Shown piece after piece: positions 1-9,682 of a stretch of DNA of 64,000 nt (the stretch's first letter is position 1; each line of letters starts with the position of its first letter). The notes below the pieces were generated by a model. The model was not told where the DNA came from. It did no database searches and worked only from the letters and a program-made list of their open reading frames with translations. Source of the stretch: Terriglobia bacterium (GTDB taxonomy: Bacteria; Acidobacteriota; Terriglobia; 20CM-2-55-15); assembly GCA_965198225.1 (NCBI GenBank), contig CBDAOY010000008.1:704001-768000 (forward strand), in the 5' to 3' direction. The position numbers were made by a program, and so were the translations under genes.

Positions 1-1
1 A

Positions 2-1060
2 GAAATCCTGATCCGCCACGACCAGCCGACTGGCGCCTGGTTCGTCATCGCGATCCACTCGACCCGACTCGGCCCCGCAACGGGCGGGACCAGGATGAAG
101 CATTACCCGGACCTCGACGCCGCGATCTCGGACGCAATGCGCCTGGCTCGAGGCATGACGTACAAGTTCGCCGTGACTGAATGGTCGCGCGGCGGCGGTA
201 AAGCGGTAATCGCGCTGCCCGAGCCCTTCGACGCTACGCTTCGCGTCGACATGCTTCGTAGATACGGCCGGTTGATCTACCAACTTGGTGGACTGTATGA
301 GACCGGACCGGACGTGGGGACTTCTCCGGCCGACATGGATGTCATCGCGGAAACGGGAGCTCCCTACGTGTTCTGTCGCACGCCGGAGAGGGGCGGGGCC
401 GGCGATTCGAGCCCCCCGACTGCTGCCGGGGTCCACAGCGGCATCCGCGTCGTCTGCGACCGTCTCTTTGGGACCAGGTCGCTGGAGGGTCGCCGGATTC
501 TGGTCCAGGGGGCCGGCAGTGTTGGCTCGCGCCTGACGAACCTGCTCCTCGCCGATGGCGCCCAGGTCCTGCTCGCCGAGGTCGATTCCACCCGGGCCGC
601 GCCTCTCGTGAATCTTCCGGGAGTCACGCCAATCGATGCGGCTAAGGCGCTGGAGACGCCCTGCGACGTCTTCGCGCCGTGTGCTCTGGGCGGGGTTCTG
701 AGCCCGTCGACGATCGAGGGTCTTAAATGCCGCGCCGTCGCCGGCGCGGCGAACAACCAGCTGGGGGAGTCCGACGACGCGAGCCGGCTCCGCGATCGCG
801 GGATCCTGTATGCGCCCGACTACATCATCAACATCGGCGGAGCGCTGGCGATTCCCGGGATCGAGAAACTGGGCTGGTCGGCGGCCGAAGCCGAACGCCG
901 GGTCCGCGAGACGGTCGAATCGACGCTGGTGCGCGTGTTCGACTTCGCGGAAGCGGAGGGCGTGACGACCGAGGAGGCGGCACGACGTATCGCGACGACC
1001 CGGCTCGATCAGGAGGGAGGCTCCCGTCCTCAAGAAGACGGTAACGAAATTGCTACATGA
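2..1060 (+). CDS. Glu/Leu/Phe/Val dehydrogenase (leucine dehydrogenase-like), 5'-partial
   Basis: Frame is open from the window edge (IAIHSTRLGPATGGTRM). Motifs GMTYK, GGGKAV, GPDVGT, GAGSVG, APCALGG, GAANNQL, YAPDYIINIGG. Confidence 0.92.
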   Translation, partial: EILIRHDQPTGAWFVIAIHSTRLGPATGGTRMKHYPDLDAAISDAMRLARGMTYKFAVTEWSRGGGKAVIALPEPFDATLRVDMLRRYGRLIYQLGGLYETGPDVGTSPADMDVIAETGAPYVFCRTPERGGAGDSSPPTAAGVHSGIRVVCDRLFGTRSLEGRRILVQGAGSVGSRLTNLLLADGAQVLLAEVDSTRAAPLVNLPGVTPIDAAKALETPCDVFAPCALGGVLSPSTIEGLKCRAVAGAANNQLGESDDASRLRDRGILYAPDYIINIGGALAIPGIEKLGWSAAEAERRVRETVESTLVRVFDFAEAEGVTTEEAARRIATTRLDQEGGSRPQEDGNEIAT

Positions 1061-1164
1061 ATGGTCTGATGAGGAATGAAGGCCGGCTCGGAAATTGTTT
1101 TTAACCGTGCCGGCCGCCATGCCGATTCTCACAATAGAGGGATCGTGTGCATAGGAGTAGACGC

Positions 1165-1338
1165 ATGGATACTGAAGTCGCCCGAGAATTAAGGAAAGTC
1201 GCCGCCTCGCTGGCGGTCATCGAGGACCGACTGGCTTGGATCGAAGCCGAGCGCCGGAAGGAAACCGAGACCCGAACGGAATTCCCGCCGATGCCGTTCC
1301 CGGGTTTCGACCTGCCGCAATCCTCGCTCCCCATTTAG
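1165..1338 (+). CDS. small hypothetical protein (57 aa)
   Basis: AGGAG 7 nt before ATG 1165; helical coiled-coil-like N-terminus. Confidence 0.5.
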   Translation: MDTEVARELRKVAASLAVIEDRLAWIEAERRKETETRTEFPPMPFPGFDLPQSSLPI

Positions 1339-1421
1339 CTGCCGTCGGAGGCGCCCCGGGTGTCAGCCCGACGCCGTCGCCGGGCGTGGCGGGTCAGATT
1401 TCTGTCGCGGCCCAGAGGGCG

Positions 1422-2606
1422 CTAACGCGGAACCGGCTTGTCGAGTGAATCCCACCCATAAGCCCGCGCCACGCGATCTGTCAGTTCTTCGAGTATGATC
1501 CCCCCGCGATCGCCGTTGGTCATGATCGCGACTCCATATCCCTTCACTTTGTGGGCCAGCAAGGTTGCGCGGAACCCCCAGTTCGATCCCCCGTGGCCGA
1601 AGTACCAGCCCTCCCCGAGCTTCGAAATCCGAAACCCGACCCCGTAGTCTCCGACTCCTACCGGGTTGACCATCTCCTGGACCGTCGTCCGGGACAAGAT
1701 CTTGTTCGACCTATTTCTGAGTGACTCCTGGACCTCGATGGCGAACTTTGCCAGATCCGTTGGGGTGGTCCACAGGCCGGCAGCGGCCAGTTCCGGGTAG
1801 ACGTGCCACTTCCCATCCCTGGCCCGTCCCCGCCTGTCGTGGGCCCGGGCAGCATTACGGTCACGCTCCCGACCGAGGGGCTGTTCGTAGGCGCTCCGGG
1901 TCATGCCGATCGGCCCGAGCACCCACTGCTGGAGCAGCTCCGGAAAGGGTCTTCCCAGCGCGTCAGTGAGGGCCAGCTCCATCATCGTGACGCCACCGCC
2001 CGAATATTTGAACGTGGTCAGCGGTGGACGCTCCAGAAAGACCCGACCGACGTTGGACGGGGGGGTCCCGTTCAGAATCTGGACGACGCTCGGCCTGGGG
2101 CTGTCGGGATGGTATCCCGGGAAGCCGAACCCGTCGCCTGTGCCGGACGTGTGGCTGGTGAGGGTGCGGGGAGTGACGGGCTGATCCCGCGTGAACCGGC
2201 TCTCGGGCAGCTCCCAGGAGGTGAGAATCGTGTTGATGTCATCGTCGAGCGAGAACCTGCCGTCCTGGACAGCCTTGAGGACAGCCATCGCGGCCACCGC
2301 TTTGCTGATCGATGCGGCCTGGAACAGGGTCTCGGTGTCCACACGGGCTCCTGTTCTAACATCCGCGACGCCGTAAGCTTTGGCCCAGTGGATCTTGAAG
2401 TCGTGGATGACGGCGATGCTGACGCCGGGCACCCCCGCAATTGTCATGATTTCGTCGAGTGTGTAGGGATCGAGTCCCTGTCGGTTTGGCGTCTGGGAGC
2501 TCTCGATCGTCCCGATGATGTCGGCGACCGGATCCTGCGAGCGGGCTGCGATCACGAAGCCCAACGTCAGCAGCAACGCGCTCGTGAGAGCGCGGCAACT
2601 CGTCAT
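1422..2606 (-). CDS. secreted serine hydrolase, beta-lactamase class C/AmpC-like family
   Basis: Signal peptide, SxxK (ASISK), LTSHTSG, YSGGG, HGG. Confidence 0.9.
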   Translation of the reverse strand: MTSCRALTSALLLTLGFVIAARSQDPVADIIGTIESSQTPNRQGLDPYTLDEIMTIAGVPGVSIAVIHDFKIHWAKAYGVADVRTGARVDTETLFQAASISKAVAAMAVLKAVQDGRFSLDDDINTILTSWELPESRFTRDQPVTPRTLTSHTSGTGDGFGFPGYHPDSPRPSVVQILNGTPPSNVGRVFLERPPLTTFKYSGGGVTMMELALTDALGRPFPELLQQWVLGPIGMTRSAYEQPLGRERDRNAARAHDRRGRARDGKWHVYPELAAAGLWTTPTDLAKFAIEVQESLRNRSNKILSRTTVQEMVNPVGVGDYGVGFRISKLGEGWYFGHGGSNWGFRATLLAHKVKGYGVAIMTNGDRGGIILEELTDRVARAYGWDSLDKPVPR

Positions 2607-2704
2607 TTGGCACCCTCCTCGAGGCCCGCATGTTAGTGGTGGCCACCAGCGGAGTCAATGCCACCTGGTTGAACCAGGCAACAAAAAAGCAGAGAATTGG
2701 ACGC

Positions 2705-3418
2705 ATGGTTGTTCCAAGGCCACTGGGCGCCCTCCTACTCGTCGCAGCACTGGCGGTTCCTTCGGAGGGGCAGGACAGCGGGAACGCTCCGGCGTGGAGC
2801 AAGAAGGACGCGGAAAAGATCGTACGGAACAGCCTGGGTGAGGAGCAGAAAGGGGTATTCGGATTCTCTCTTCTCGCCGTCGGCGGAAAAGCCATCCTGG
2901 CTCGATGGATCACCGAACCCACCGCAAGAGCGCTGGATCGGCTCTCCGAGTTGGATGAGCGAGGACGGGTTCCGCGCGTCGAGGGCCTCTACCGTCCCGA
3001 CTATTACACGATCGCCTTCTCGCTCGCCGACCTCATCCGTAGTGAGAGTCTCTTGCCGGGGCTCGATATCCCGGACTTCGCAGCCGGCGACCTGATTGGC
3101 GACACCGAGATTCCGGATTTCAAGGCCGATGGGTTCGGCAGCGACGCGGACATTCCGATCGTTCTCCAACCAAAGGACGCCAGCTCTCGCGCGGCGCGCC
3201 TGGCCGGCGTGCGAATGGTGCCGGCGCGATCGGTTGGTTTCATCCGGACCCAACCCATGTTGCTGCGGTTTGAGAAAGCCGACGCGGCCGGGCATCCCCT
3301 CGTGGCATCGCTCGACCAGGAGATCGATCTCGTCATCCGTCTCGGCGACACAGGCCGGGCAATTCGGGTCCGGTTCAAACTGAAAGACCTCCCCGTCAAG
3401 AGTCACTCGGAACTCTAG
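2705..3418 (+). CDS. hypothetical exported protein
   Basis: Signal peptide after ATG 2705 (LGALLLVAALAVPSEG); no family recognised; start uncertain. Confidence 0.6.
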   Translation: MVVPRPLGALLLVAALAVPSEGQDSGNAPAWSKKDAEKIVRNSLGEEQKGVFGFSLLAVGGKAILARWITEPTARALDRLSELDERGRVPRVEGLYRPDYYTIAFSLADLIRSESLLPGLDIPDFAAGDLIGDTEIPDFKADGFGSDADIPIVLQPKDASSRAARLAGVRMVPARSVGFIRTQPMLLRFEKADAAGHPLVASLDQEIDLVIRLGDTGRAIRVRFKLKDLPVKSHSEL

Positions 3419-3439
3419 CCCTAAGAAGTCTTCACATCT

Positions 3440-3859
3440 ATGCGCATTCTGTTGGTTTGTCTGGGAAACATCTGCCGCAGCCCGATGGCGGGCGGGATTC
3501 TCGCCTCGCGTGCCGTGCAGTCAGGTTTGGAGCTGGAGGTCCGGACGGCCGGCCTCTACGCGCAGACGGGGCTCGGCTTGAGCGAACACGCCGTGAGTGC
3601 GATGCGAGAGATCGACATCGACATCTCCCGGGACCATCCTCGGCAGTTGGACAGGGAGTTGGTGGCCTGGGCCGATCTCATCGTCCCTATGGAGCGGGCT
3701 CAGGGCAGCGCCATCGAAGTCCTTTTCGCCGGAGCCGCTCCGAAACTGCGTGCCCTGGCCACCGACATCGACGACCCGTACGGATCGGACCTGACCACCT
3801 ATCGAGAATGCCGCGACCGGATCGCCGACCAATTGGAAAGTCTGATCTCCAGCCTTTAG
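3440..3859 (+). CDS. low-molecular-weight protein tyrosine/arginine phosphatase
   Basis: CLGNICRS P-loop and DDPY motif. Confidence 0.92.
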   Translation: MRILLVCLGNICRSPMAGGILASRAVQSGLELEVRTAGLYAQTGLGLSEHAVSAMREIDIDISRDHPRQLDRELVAWADLIVPMERAQGSAIEVLFAGAAPKLRALATDIDDPYGSDLTTYRECRDRIADQLESLISSL

Positions 3860-3919
3860 CTGGGCGGGGGTGAACGACTAAAGATGCTGACAGCTGAAAG
3901 CAGATGGCTGACAGCTAAG

Positions 3920-3993
<74 letters not shown>

Positions 3994-4076
3994 AAAAGAA
4001 TTTGTTTACTACGTTAGGTCCTTGTTTCGCAAACGCAATGATGTTTTCGGCGTGGTTGGGAGCAACAAATAGCGGG

Positions 4077-4192
4077 CTAGGAGTCTGCGCGGTAGAACGA
4101 TTTTGGGTCATTGTGACCACAGCATAGTGTGTGTGCGCAGCACTTAGCATCGACATGTAGTACCGGGTTTCTTCTGCCGCGCAGACTCCTAG
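4077..4192. mobile_element. MITE-like element A (116 bp, CTAG at both ends)
   Basis: CTAGGAGTCTGCGCGGTAGAA ... TTCTGCCGCGCAGACTCCTAG: 21-bp inverted repeat with 1 mismatch, no ORF. Confidence 0.7.
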
Positions 4193-4208
4193 TGACCTGT
4201 AACAGTGC
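4189..4208 (+). repeat. family-B terminal repeat, left end
   Basis: CTAGTGACCTGTAACAGTGC, identical to 15273-15292 and inverse of 5575-5594. Confidence 0.85.
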
Positions 4209-4216
4209 CACTGGTC

Positions 4217-4792
4217 CTACAATATCCGAAGCAGGCGCTTGGATTCTTCCAGTAGCCGGTCCAGGTCCATTGGTTTTGCCATAAAGCAGTCGGCGCCGGC
4301 CTGGAGTATCCGGGGTTCGACTTCGGGTTGACCGCTCATTGCGATGATCGCTGTCCTGCTCCGAGGGTCCTCCTTGATCCGACGGCACACTTCGAGTCCG
4401 TCCACTCCGGGAATCAGGATGTCGAGTACGAGCAGGTCGGGATGCCAACGTCCGATGTCGATCAGGGCACTTATTCCGTCCGAGGCAGAGGTGACCTCGT
4501 AGACGCCCTGCCGCTCAAAGAAGCTCTTGAGAATCTTGACGATATCGTCCTCATCCTCGACGATCAGTACCTTGAATTTTTCCTCTGTCAGCGCCGGCGG
4601 GACGGGAATCTGGTGTTTCCGCAGGAAAGCGAGCAGATCCTCGCGCCCGATGCGTCGATGTCCCCCCGGGGTGCGGTAGGATATCAGCAGATCCTGTTCG
4701 ATCCAGTTGATGACCGAACGCGGGTTAACCTGCAGGAGCTTACTGACTTCGTGGGTCGTAAAAACGCTCTTTACTTCAGTACTGGATGCCAT
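4217..4792 (-). CDS. response regulator with N-terminal excisionase/MerR-like HTH_17 domain
   Basis: TTHEVSKLLQV..W.....YRTPGGHRRI, then REC domain (IVEDE, LVLDILIPGVDG, KP). Confidence 0.9.
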   Translation of the reverse strand: MASSTEVKSVFTTHEVSKLLQVNPRSVINWIEQDLLISYRTPGGHRRIGREDLLAFLRKHQIPVPPALTEEKFKVLIVEDEDDIVKILKSFFERQGVYEVTSASDGISALIDIGRWHPDLLVLDILIPGVDGLEVCRRIKEDPRSRTAIIAMSGQPEVEPRILQAGADCFMAKPMDLDRLLEESKRLLRIL

Positions 4793-5026
4793 CCACGGGC
4801 TCCTCTTAGTGGCAATCGTCTCAAAGGGGGCTACTTATTCGCTTGCCGAAATGGCTGGCGCCAGCCACCAGCTTAAAGTGACGTCGTGCACTCCACAAGG
4901 GAGACGTTCCCTCGAGCTGGCTCGGCCTCACGGCCCTCCAGTCAACTTCGGGATTTCGACCGTTCCCTTCACTGTACACAGTCACTGTGATGGCGAGCGT
5001 CTATACCGTAACATAATGACTTTGCA

Positions 5027-5527
5027 ATGGAAAACGCTATCCGGAATTGGGTCGAAACCGACTTGGACCTCATCGTCGCGGCCTGGCTGACTTCGCTTCA
5101 GGATCTGGCTCGGGGAGATCTGGAACTCCGCCAGGACCCGGACCGGCCGCTCCGGCGATGGCTGCTCGAACGGCTGAAACAACCCGAAGCGTTCGGTCTT
5201 GTGGCTGAGACGGGGGGTGATCTCGCCGGCTTCCTGCTGGGCCGAATCACAATCTGGGAGTCGGATCCACCGATACTGGTTCCGCGGAGCACGGGTGTCA
5301 TCGACATGGTGTACGTCGCCGAGCCCGCCCGTAGGCGGGGCGTTGGCTCCCAACTCGTCGAGGAGGCGCTCGCGTATGCGGCTCGGCGGGGTGTCTCAGT
5401 AGTCGAGACCACCTACGAAACAGGTAACCCTGATGCGGCAGGGATGTGGAAGAAGCTCGGGTTCAGGCCCTGGATCGAGAAGGTTTACCGCACGACCAAA
5501 GCCTCGCCCCGAAGAGCGGGCTTCTAG
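5027..5527 (+). CDS. GNAT family N-acetyltransferase
   Basis: VYVAEPARRRGVGSQL motif A; N..A..MWKKLGF. Confidence 0.88.
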   Translation: MENAIRNWVETDLDLIVAAWLTSLQDLARGDLELRQDPDRPLRRWLLERLKQPEAFGLVAETGGDLAGFLLGRITIWESDPPILVPRSTGVIDMVYVAEPARRRGVGSQLVEEALAYAARRGVSVVETTYETGNPDAAGMWKKLGFRPWIEKVYRTTKASPRRAGF

Positions 5528-5574
5528 CCCCGCCTGACCGATCGGGATTGCACGGACAAATCGAGCCACGGACA

Positions 5575-5594
5575 GCACTGTTACAGGTCACTAG
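5575..5594 (-). repeat. family-B terminal repeat, right end
   Basis: GCACTGTTACAGGTCACTAG, exact reverse complement of 4189-4208. Confidence 0.85.
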
Positions 5595-5750
5595 GAGTGG
5601 TCTTTCGGACGGCAGACCACAGGCTTCTTCCGATCGGTGCAATCTGTGTAATCCGTGGCTTTCATATGCGGGTAGTCAGCGGCTTACGGGTCATCCAGGC
5701 ACTGGATTGCACGGACAAATATAAAACCATCCAGTCCATCATGGTTGGCC

Positions 5751-5779
5751 TTGCCCGATTCACCGTGATCCTCTAAACT
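5751..5779 (+). promoter_or_regulatory. sigma70-type promoter of etfBA
   Basis: TTGCCC-N17-TAAACT. Confidence 0.55.
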
Positions 5780-5846
5780 ATACAGTTTTCTTTTGCGGTG
5801 AACCCCCGCATGCCGCCTTCCTGGAACGATATCTGGAGTACGACGC

Positions 5847-6644
5847 GTGAAAATAATCAGCTGCATGAGGCCGGTTCCGGACCCGGCCTCCCGCCTCGTT
5901 ATCAACGAAGACAAGAAGTGGATCAAGGATCAGGAGCTGACCTTCGTCGCCAGCGAAGCCGACAACTACGCGCTGGAAGAAGCGTTGCGGCTGAAGGAGA
6001 AACATTCAGGTGAGGTCGTCGTCCTGTCCATCGGCGGCGACCACGCGGCCAGAGTTTTGCGTTCCGGCCTTGCCATGGGAGCGGACCGCGCCATCCACCT
6101 GTCGGACGACCAGTTCGGCGGCTCCGACGAATTCGCGACCGCCCGGATCATCGCGAAGGCCGTCGAGAAAGACGGTGATGCCGACATGCTGCTGACCGGC
6201 GTGCAGTCCGATGACCTCGGGACGGGGACGACCGGGATCATGGTTGCCGAGCTGCTGGGCTGGGCTCACGCGACTGTCGTAATCGCGGTCGAGGCCGACC
6301 CCGATGGCGCCTCGGTAAAAGCCCGTCGCGAGTTGGAAGGTGGGGTGAACGAGACGGTGGAGCTGCCGACGCCCTGTGTTCTGACTGTCCAGTTCGGCAT
6401 CAACCAGCCCCGCTACGCATCATTGAAGGGGATCATGGCCGCCAAGAAGAAGGAAATGAAGACCTGGTCGGGGGCCGACATCGGGCTCTCGGCTGATTTG
6501 GTCGGACGCGCCGGAGCCCTCTACGAGATCGGCGAGGTGTTCGTCCCGGCGAGGAAGAGCCAGGTCGAGATGATCGCCGGCACCCCGGGAGAGGCGGCGG
6601 GCAAACTGGTGGAGAAACTCCGGAAGGAAGCAAAGGTACTTTGA
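5847..6644 (+). CDS. etfB: electron transfer flavoprotein beta subunit
   Basis: ALEEALRLKE, LAMGADRAIH, GVQSDD, NQPRYASLKGIMAAKKK. Confidence 0.95.
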   Translation: MKIISCMRPVPDPASRLVINEDKKWIKDQELTFVASEADNYALEEALRLKEKHSGEVVVLSIGGDHAARVLRSGLAMGADRAIHLSDDQFGGSDEFATARIIAKAVEKDGDADMLLTGVQSDDLGTGTTGIMVAELLGWAHATVVIAVEADPDGASVKARRELEGGVNETVELPTPCVLTVQFGINQPRYASLKGIMAAKKKEMKTWSGADIGLSADLVGRAGALYEIGEVFVPARKSQVEMIAGTPGEAAGKLVEKLRKEAKVL

Positions 6645-6769
6645 CCGATCGATCTCAAGATCGATCGGTCTGTCAGCGATCAGCGATCAGCTGCTTCGGA
6701 GGCGGGACAATAGTCAAATCCGACTGAGCTGACAGCTTTGATCGCTGAATGCCGTATTAAGAGGTTGAA

Positions 6770-7747
6770 ATGATACTCGTCATTGCGGAACACGAGGACG
6801 ACAGGTTCAAACCGATCACGAACGAGCTGACGGTGTTTGCCCAGAGGCTGGGGCGGGACCTCGAAAAGCCCGTCGCGGCGGTCGTGCTGGGCGCCAACGT
6901 CGGCGCTCTCGCCGACGAACTGAAGGACCGGCACCTCGACCGCGTGATTCAGATCGAAGACCCTAAGCTGGCCGACTACAGCCCGGATGGCTATGTTGCC
7001 GCGCTCAGGCAGCTGATCGAGCGGGAAAAACCACTCCTCGTGCTCGCCGGTCACACGACCATCGGGTACGACTACACGCCGCGACTGGCGGCGGGAGTCG
7101 GTCGTCCCCTCATCGCCGGCTGTGTCGACTACGAGATTCAGGGTGAGGCGCTTCTGCTCACCCGACCGGTTTTCAATGCCAAGATGAACATGCGCGTGTC
7201 CCTGCGTGGCGAGCCGCCTTACTTTGCGACGGGAGCCCCGGGAGCCTATCCCGGCGACGAGGTCGAGCTGGGCGGCAGCCCGGCGCTGGAGACGTTCTCC
7301 GCAGATCTCTCAGGAGTCGAGATTCGGCGCCGGGTGGTCGAAAGAGTAGCCGCCGAGAAGGGGCAGGTCGATCTCAGCTCCGCCGACATCATCGTCTCCG
7401 GGGGGCGGGGTTTGAAGAAAAAGGAGAACTTCAGCGTGGTTTCCGATCTCGCCGAAGCGCTCGGAGGGGCCGTCGGCGCCTCCCGGCCCGTCGTCGACGC
7501 CGAATGGCTGCCGCGGGAGTACCAGATCGGTAGTTCCGGACAGACGGTCTCGCCGAAGCTCTACTTCGCGATCGGGATATCGGGAGCCATTCAGCACTTG
7601 GTCGGCATGCAGAGTTCTCGTTGCATCGTCGCCATCAACAAGGACGCTGACGCCCCTATCTTCAAGGTGGCCCATTACGGGATCGTCGACGATCTCTTCA
7701 AGGTCGTGCCGGAAATCACGAAGATCGTCAAGGAATTGAACACATGA
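6770..7747 (+). CDS. etfA: electron transfer flavoprotein alpha subunit
   Basis: IIVSGGRG, GASRPVVD, QIGSSGQTVSPKLY, GISGAIQH, AINKDADAPIF. Confidence 0.95.
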   Translation: MILVIAEHEDDRFKPITNELTVFAQRLGRDLEKPVAAVVLGANVGALADELKDRHLDRVIQIEDPKLADYSPDGYVAALRQLIEREKPLLVLAGHTTIGYDYTPRLAAGVGRPLIAGCVDYEIQGEALLLTRPVFNAKMNMRVSLRGEPPYFATGAPGAYPGDEVELGGSPALETFSADLSGVEIRRRVVERVAAEKGQVDLSSADIIVSGGRGLKKKENFSVVSDLAEALGGAVGASRPVVDAEWLPREYQIGSSGQTVSPKLYFAIGISGAIQHLVGMQSSRCIVAINKDADAPIFKVAHYGIVDDLFKVVPEITKIVKELNT

Positions 7748-7772
7748 GGGTTAACCCCCGCGTCTTTGGTGT

Positions 7773-7801
7773 TTGACTCCGCAGACCGCTTCGCATATAG
7801 T
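7773..7801 (+). promoter_or_regulatory. sigma70 promoter of the cytochrome c gene
   Basis: TTGACT-N17-TATAGT. Confidence 0.65.
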
Positions 7802-7875
7802 GGCCCGGCTGGCAGCGTCCCGCTGTCTTGCACGGAATCAGATTGCGGATCGATTCACAGGAAGAGGAGGAAGAT

Positions 7876-8298
7876 ATGCGGAAAGCGTCGTTAGTGATCG
7901 GGCTGAGTTTGATCCTGGCCTTGGTCCTAAACGTCATGGCCATCCAGCGGATGCATCCGGACATCATGAAGGACATCGGCTCCACGAGGGGAAGCCTGCA
8001 GCGGAACATCGAGGCCGGCGAAGGTGACGCGGCAGCGATGGATGCCGAGAAGCTCGAAGGGTTCTTCAAGGAAGTCGTCCCGATGTATGAACGGATGGGG
8101 AATATGGACTCGGCAGTCGAGATGGCCAACAAGGCGGCGGCGGCATCGGCCGAAGCAGCGATGGCAGCCAAGGCCGGCGACATGGAGAAGGCCATGGCGG
8201 CTCACGGAAACATCGTCGGAGCTTGCCGCGGATGTCACGGCCAGTATCGCGAGAAGGCCCCCGACGGATCATATCGAATTAAGAGACCCGGAGGCTAG
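7876..8298 (+). CDS. class II cytochrome c (c'/c556-like)
   Basis: GAGGAGG RBS, signal peptide, helical Ala-rich body, C-terminal CRGCH. Confidence 0.85.
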   Translation: MRKASLVIGLSLILALVLNVMAIQRMHPDIMKDIGSTRGSLQRNIEAGEGDAAAMDAEKLEGFFKEVVPMYERMGNMDSAVEMANKAAAASAEAAMAAKAGDMEKAMAAHGNIVGACRGCHGQYREKAPDGSYRIKRPGG

Positions 8299-8446
8299 AA
8301 CAGGTCAGTTTCTGCAGAAAAGAGGAGGTCCAGCTATCCCTCTTTCTGTTAGTGTTCAGACAGCTCGTTGCGGGTTGGGACACCCGTCAGCAATAGAGCA
8401 CGTATTTTGTTTTGACATTGTTGTGGCAAAACGAGTAATCTTTCAG

Positions 8447-8522
8447 CCGTGAGTGGTGTCTATAATTAGATTTCCTCCACCATCCCACTCTCCCCGCGGC
8501 CGAGCCGCGGGGATTTTTTTTT
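8447..8522 (+). ncRNA. candidate small RNA with intrinsic terminator
   Basis: TTGACA(8412)-N18-TAATCT promoter, CU-rich TTTCCTCCACCATCCCACTC, terminator hairpin. Confidence 0.45.
8491..8522 (+). terminator. Rho-independent terminator
   Basis: TCCCCGCGGC-CGA-GCCGCGGGGA followed by T9. Confidence 0.85.
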
Positions 8523-8534
8523 GAGAATGAGCCT

Positions 8535-9533
8535 GTGATTCAAATACTCCTTCTCTCCTCCCTCCTGTTTGCAGACGGATTCCTTCACGAAGATGCGGAA
8601 GCAGACCGCCTGGTTCGCCAGACGATGTCGGCGTCATATCATCTCCGGCTCGACGAAGCCCGGGACGATGCGCGCCGACTGCAGCAGCGATACCCCGGAC
8701 ATCCCGTCGGTTTCACACTAATGGCCGAGACATACTGGTGGGAGGCTCAAGCCGACCCCGGCAATGAGACGATCGAAGACGCATACTATGAGGCCCAGGC
8801 AGAGGCGTTGGCGAAAGCTGAAGCCGCATTGGACGGGGAAGTCCATCCACGTACCGAGATCCTCTCCTTCCTGGCCTCGACCGAGGGAAGTCTGGCGCGC
8901 TTCGAAGTGACGCAGAAGCAGGCGTGGTTCAGTGCCGTCCGGGCTGGTCTGCGCGCTCACCGGTACGCGCGCGACGCGTACGAACTCGACGAGAGCCTCT
9001 ACGATGTGTACCTGGGCCTGGGAGCGTTCAACTTCTTCAGCGGATCTCTGCCCGCCGTCCTGCAACCTTTCGCCTTCGTGATCGGTGCCAGTGGAGACAA
9101 GGAACTGGGCCTGGAGCAGCTGCGACTTGCCCGGGACCAGTCGCGCTATGCGAGGACCGAGGCGCGGATCGTTTCCTACACCGCGCTGCTGGAGGACGGT
9201 CAGTATGCGGCTGCGTTCGAGATGCTGGAAGGCATGCGTTCAGACTACCCGGCCAACCACGTCTTCTTCGTCTGGGCCACCGACTGGTTCCTGCGACAAG
9301 GCCGCGGGTCGGGGGCGTTGGACTACCTCGAACGAATCTGGAGAGAGGATCGCGAGAGCCTGCCGGCAACGGCCCAGTTCGCACTGATCGAGAAGGCTCG
9401 CGTGCAGACTTTGATGAGCCGCGGCGCCGACGCGCTGGCCACGATCGAACGGATCCGCGAGCTCCCGGTGGAGGATCCGCTGCTGGCGAAGAAGATCGTT
9501 CTGGTGGAGACTCAGGCGAGGAATCAGCAGTAA
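8535..9533 (+). CDS. exported TPR-like helical protein
   Basis: Signal peptide, helical repeats (YDVYLGLGAFNF, GDKELGLEQL). Confidence 0.7.
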   Translation: MIQILLLSSLLFADGFLHEDAEADRLVRQTMSASYHLRLDEARDDARRLQQRYPGHPVGFTLMAETYWWEAQADPGNETIEDAYYEAQAEALAKAEAALDGEVHPRTEILSFLASTEGSLARFEVTQKQAWFSAVRAGLRAHRYARDAYELDESLYDVYLGLGAFNFFSGSLPAVLQPFAFVIGASGDKELGLEQLRLARDQSRYARTEARIVSYTALLEDGQYAAAFEMLEGMRSDYPANHVFFVWATDWFLRQGRGSGALDYLERIWREDRESLPATAQFALIEKARVQTLMSRGADALATIERIRELPVEDPLLAKKIVLVETQARNQQ

Positions 9534-9642
9534 GACCGTAGTCCGTAGGCCGTTGTCCGTTGTGCGCGGTCGCCGACACTTCTGCTTAGTGAAGACCCGG
9601 TAGTCCGTTGAAGCCTTCCCTGACTTTTCTGTTTAGTGAAGA

Positions 9643-9682
9643 CCCGGGGACAGGGCAAGCCCTGTCCCCCTCACAGTGGCTC
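9643..9682 (+). repeat. GGGGACAGGG-type palindromic repeat (inverted copy at 55418-55459)
   Basis: CCCGGGGACAGGGCAAGCCCTGTCCCCCTCACAGTGGCTC; related hairpin near 46815-46841. Confidence 0.7.

Noticed and set aside
1422-2606. Antibiotic-resistance beta-lactamases (this gene and the MBL at 44429)
   Set aside because: Fold-level similarity only; the motifs (YSG/HGG; SDHGDH) do not match true AmpC or subclass B1 enzymes
4217-4792. Phage excisionase
   Set aside because: The HTH_17 domain is fused to a REC domain, a common regulator architecture
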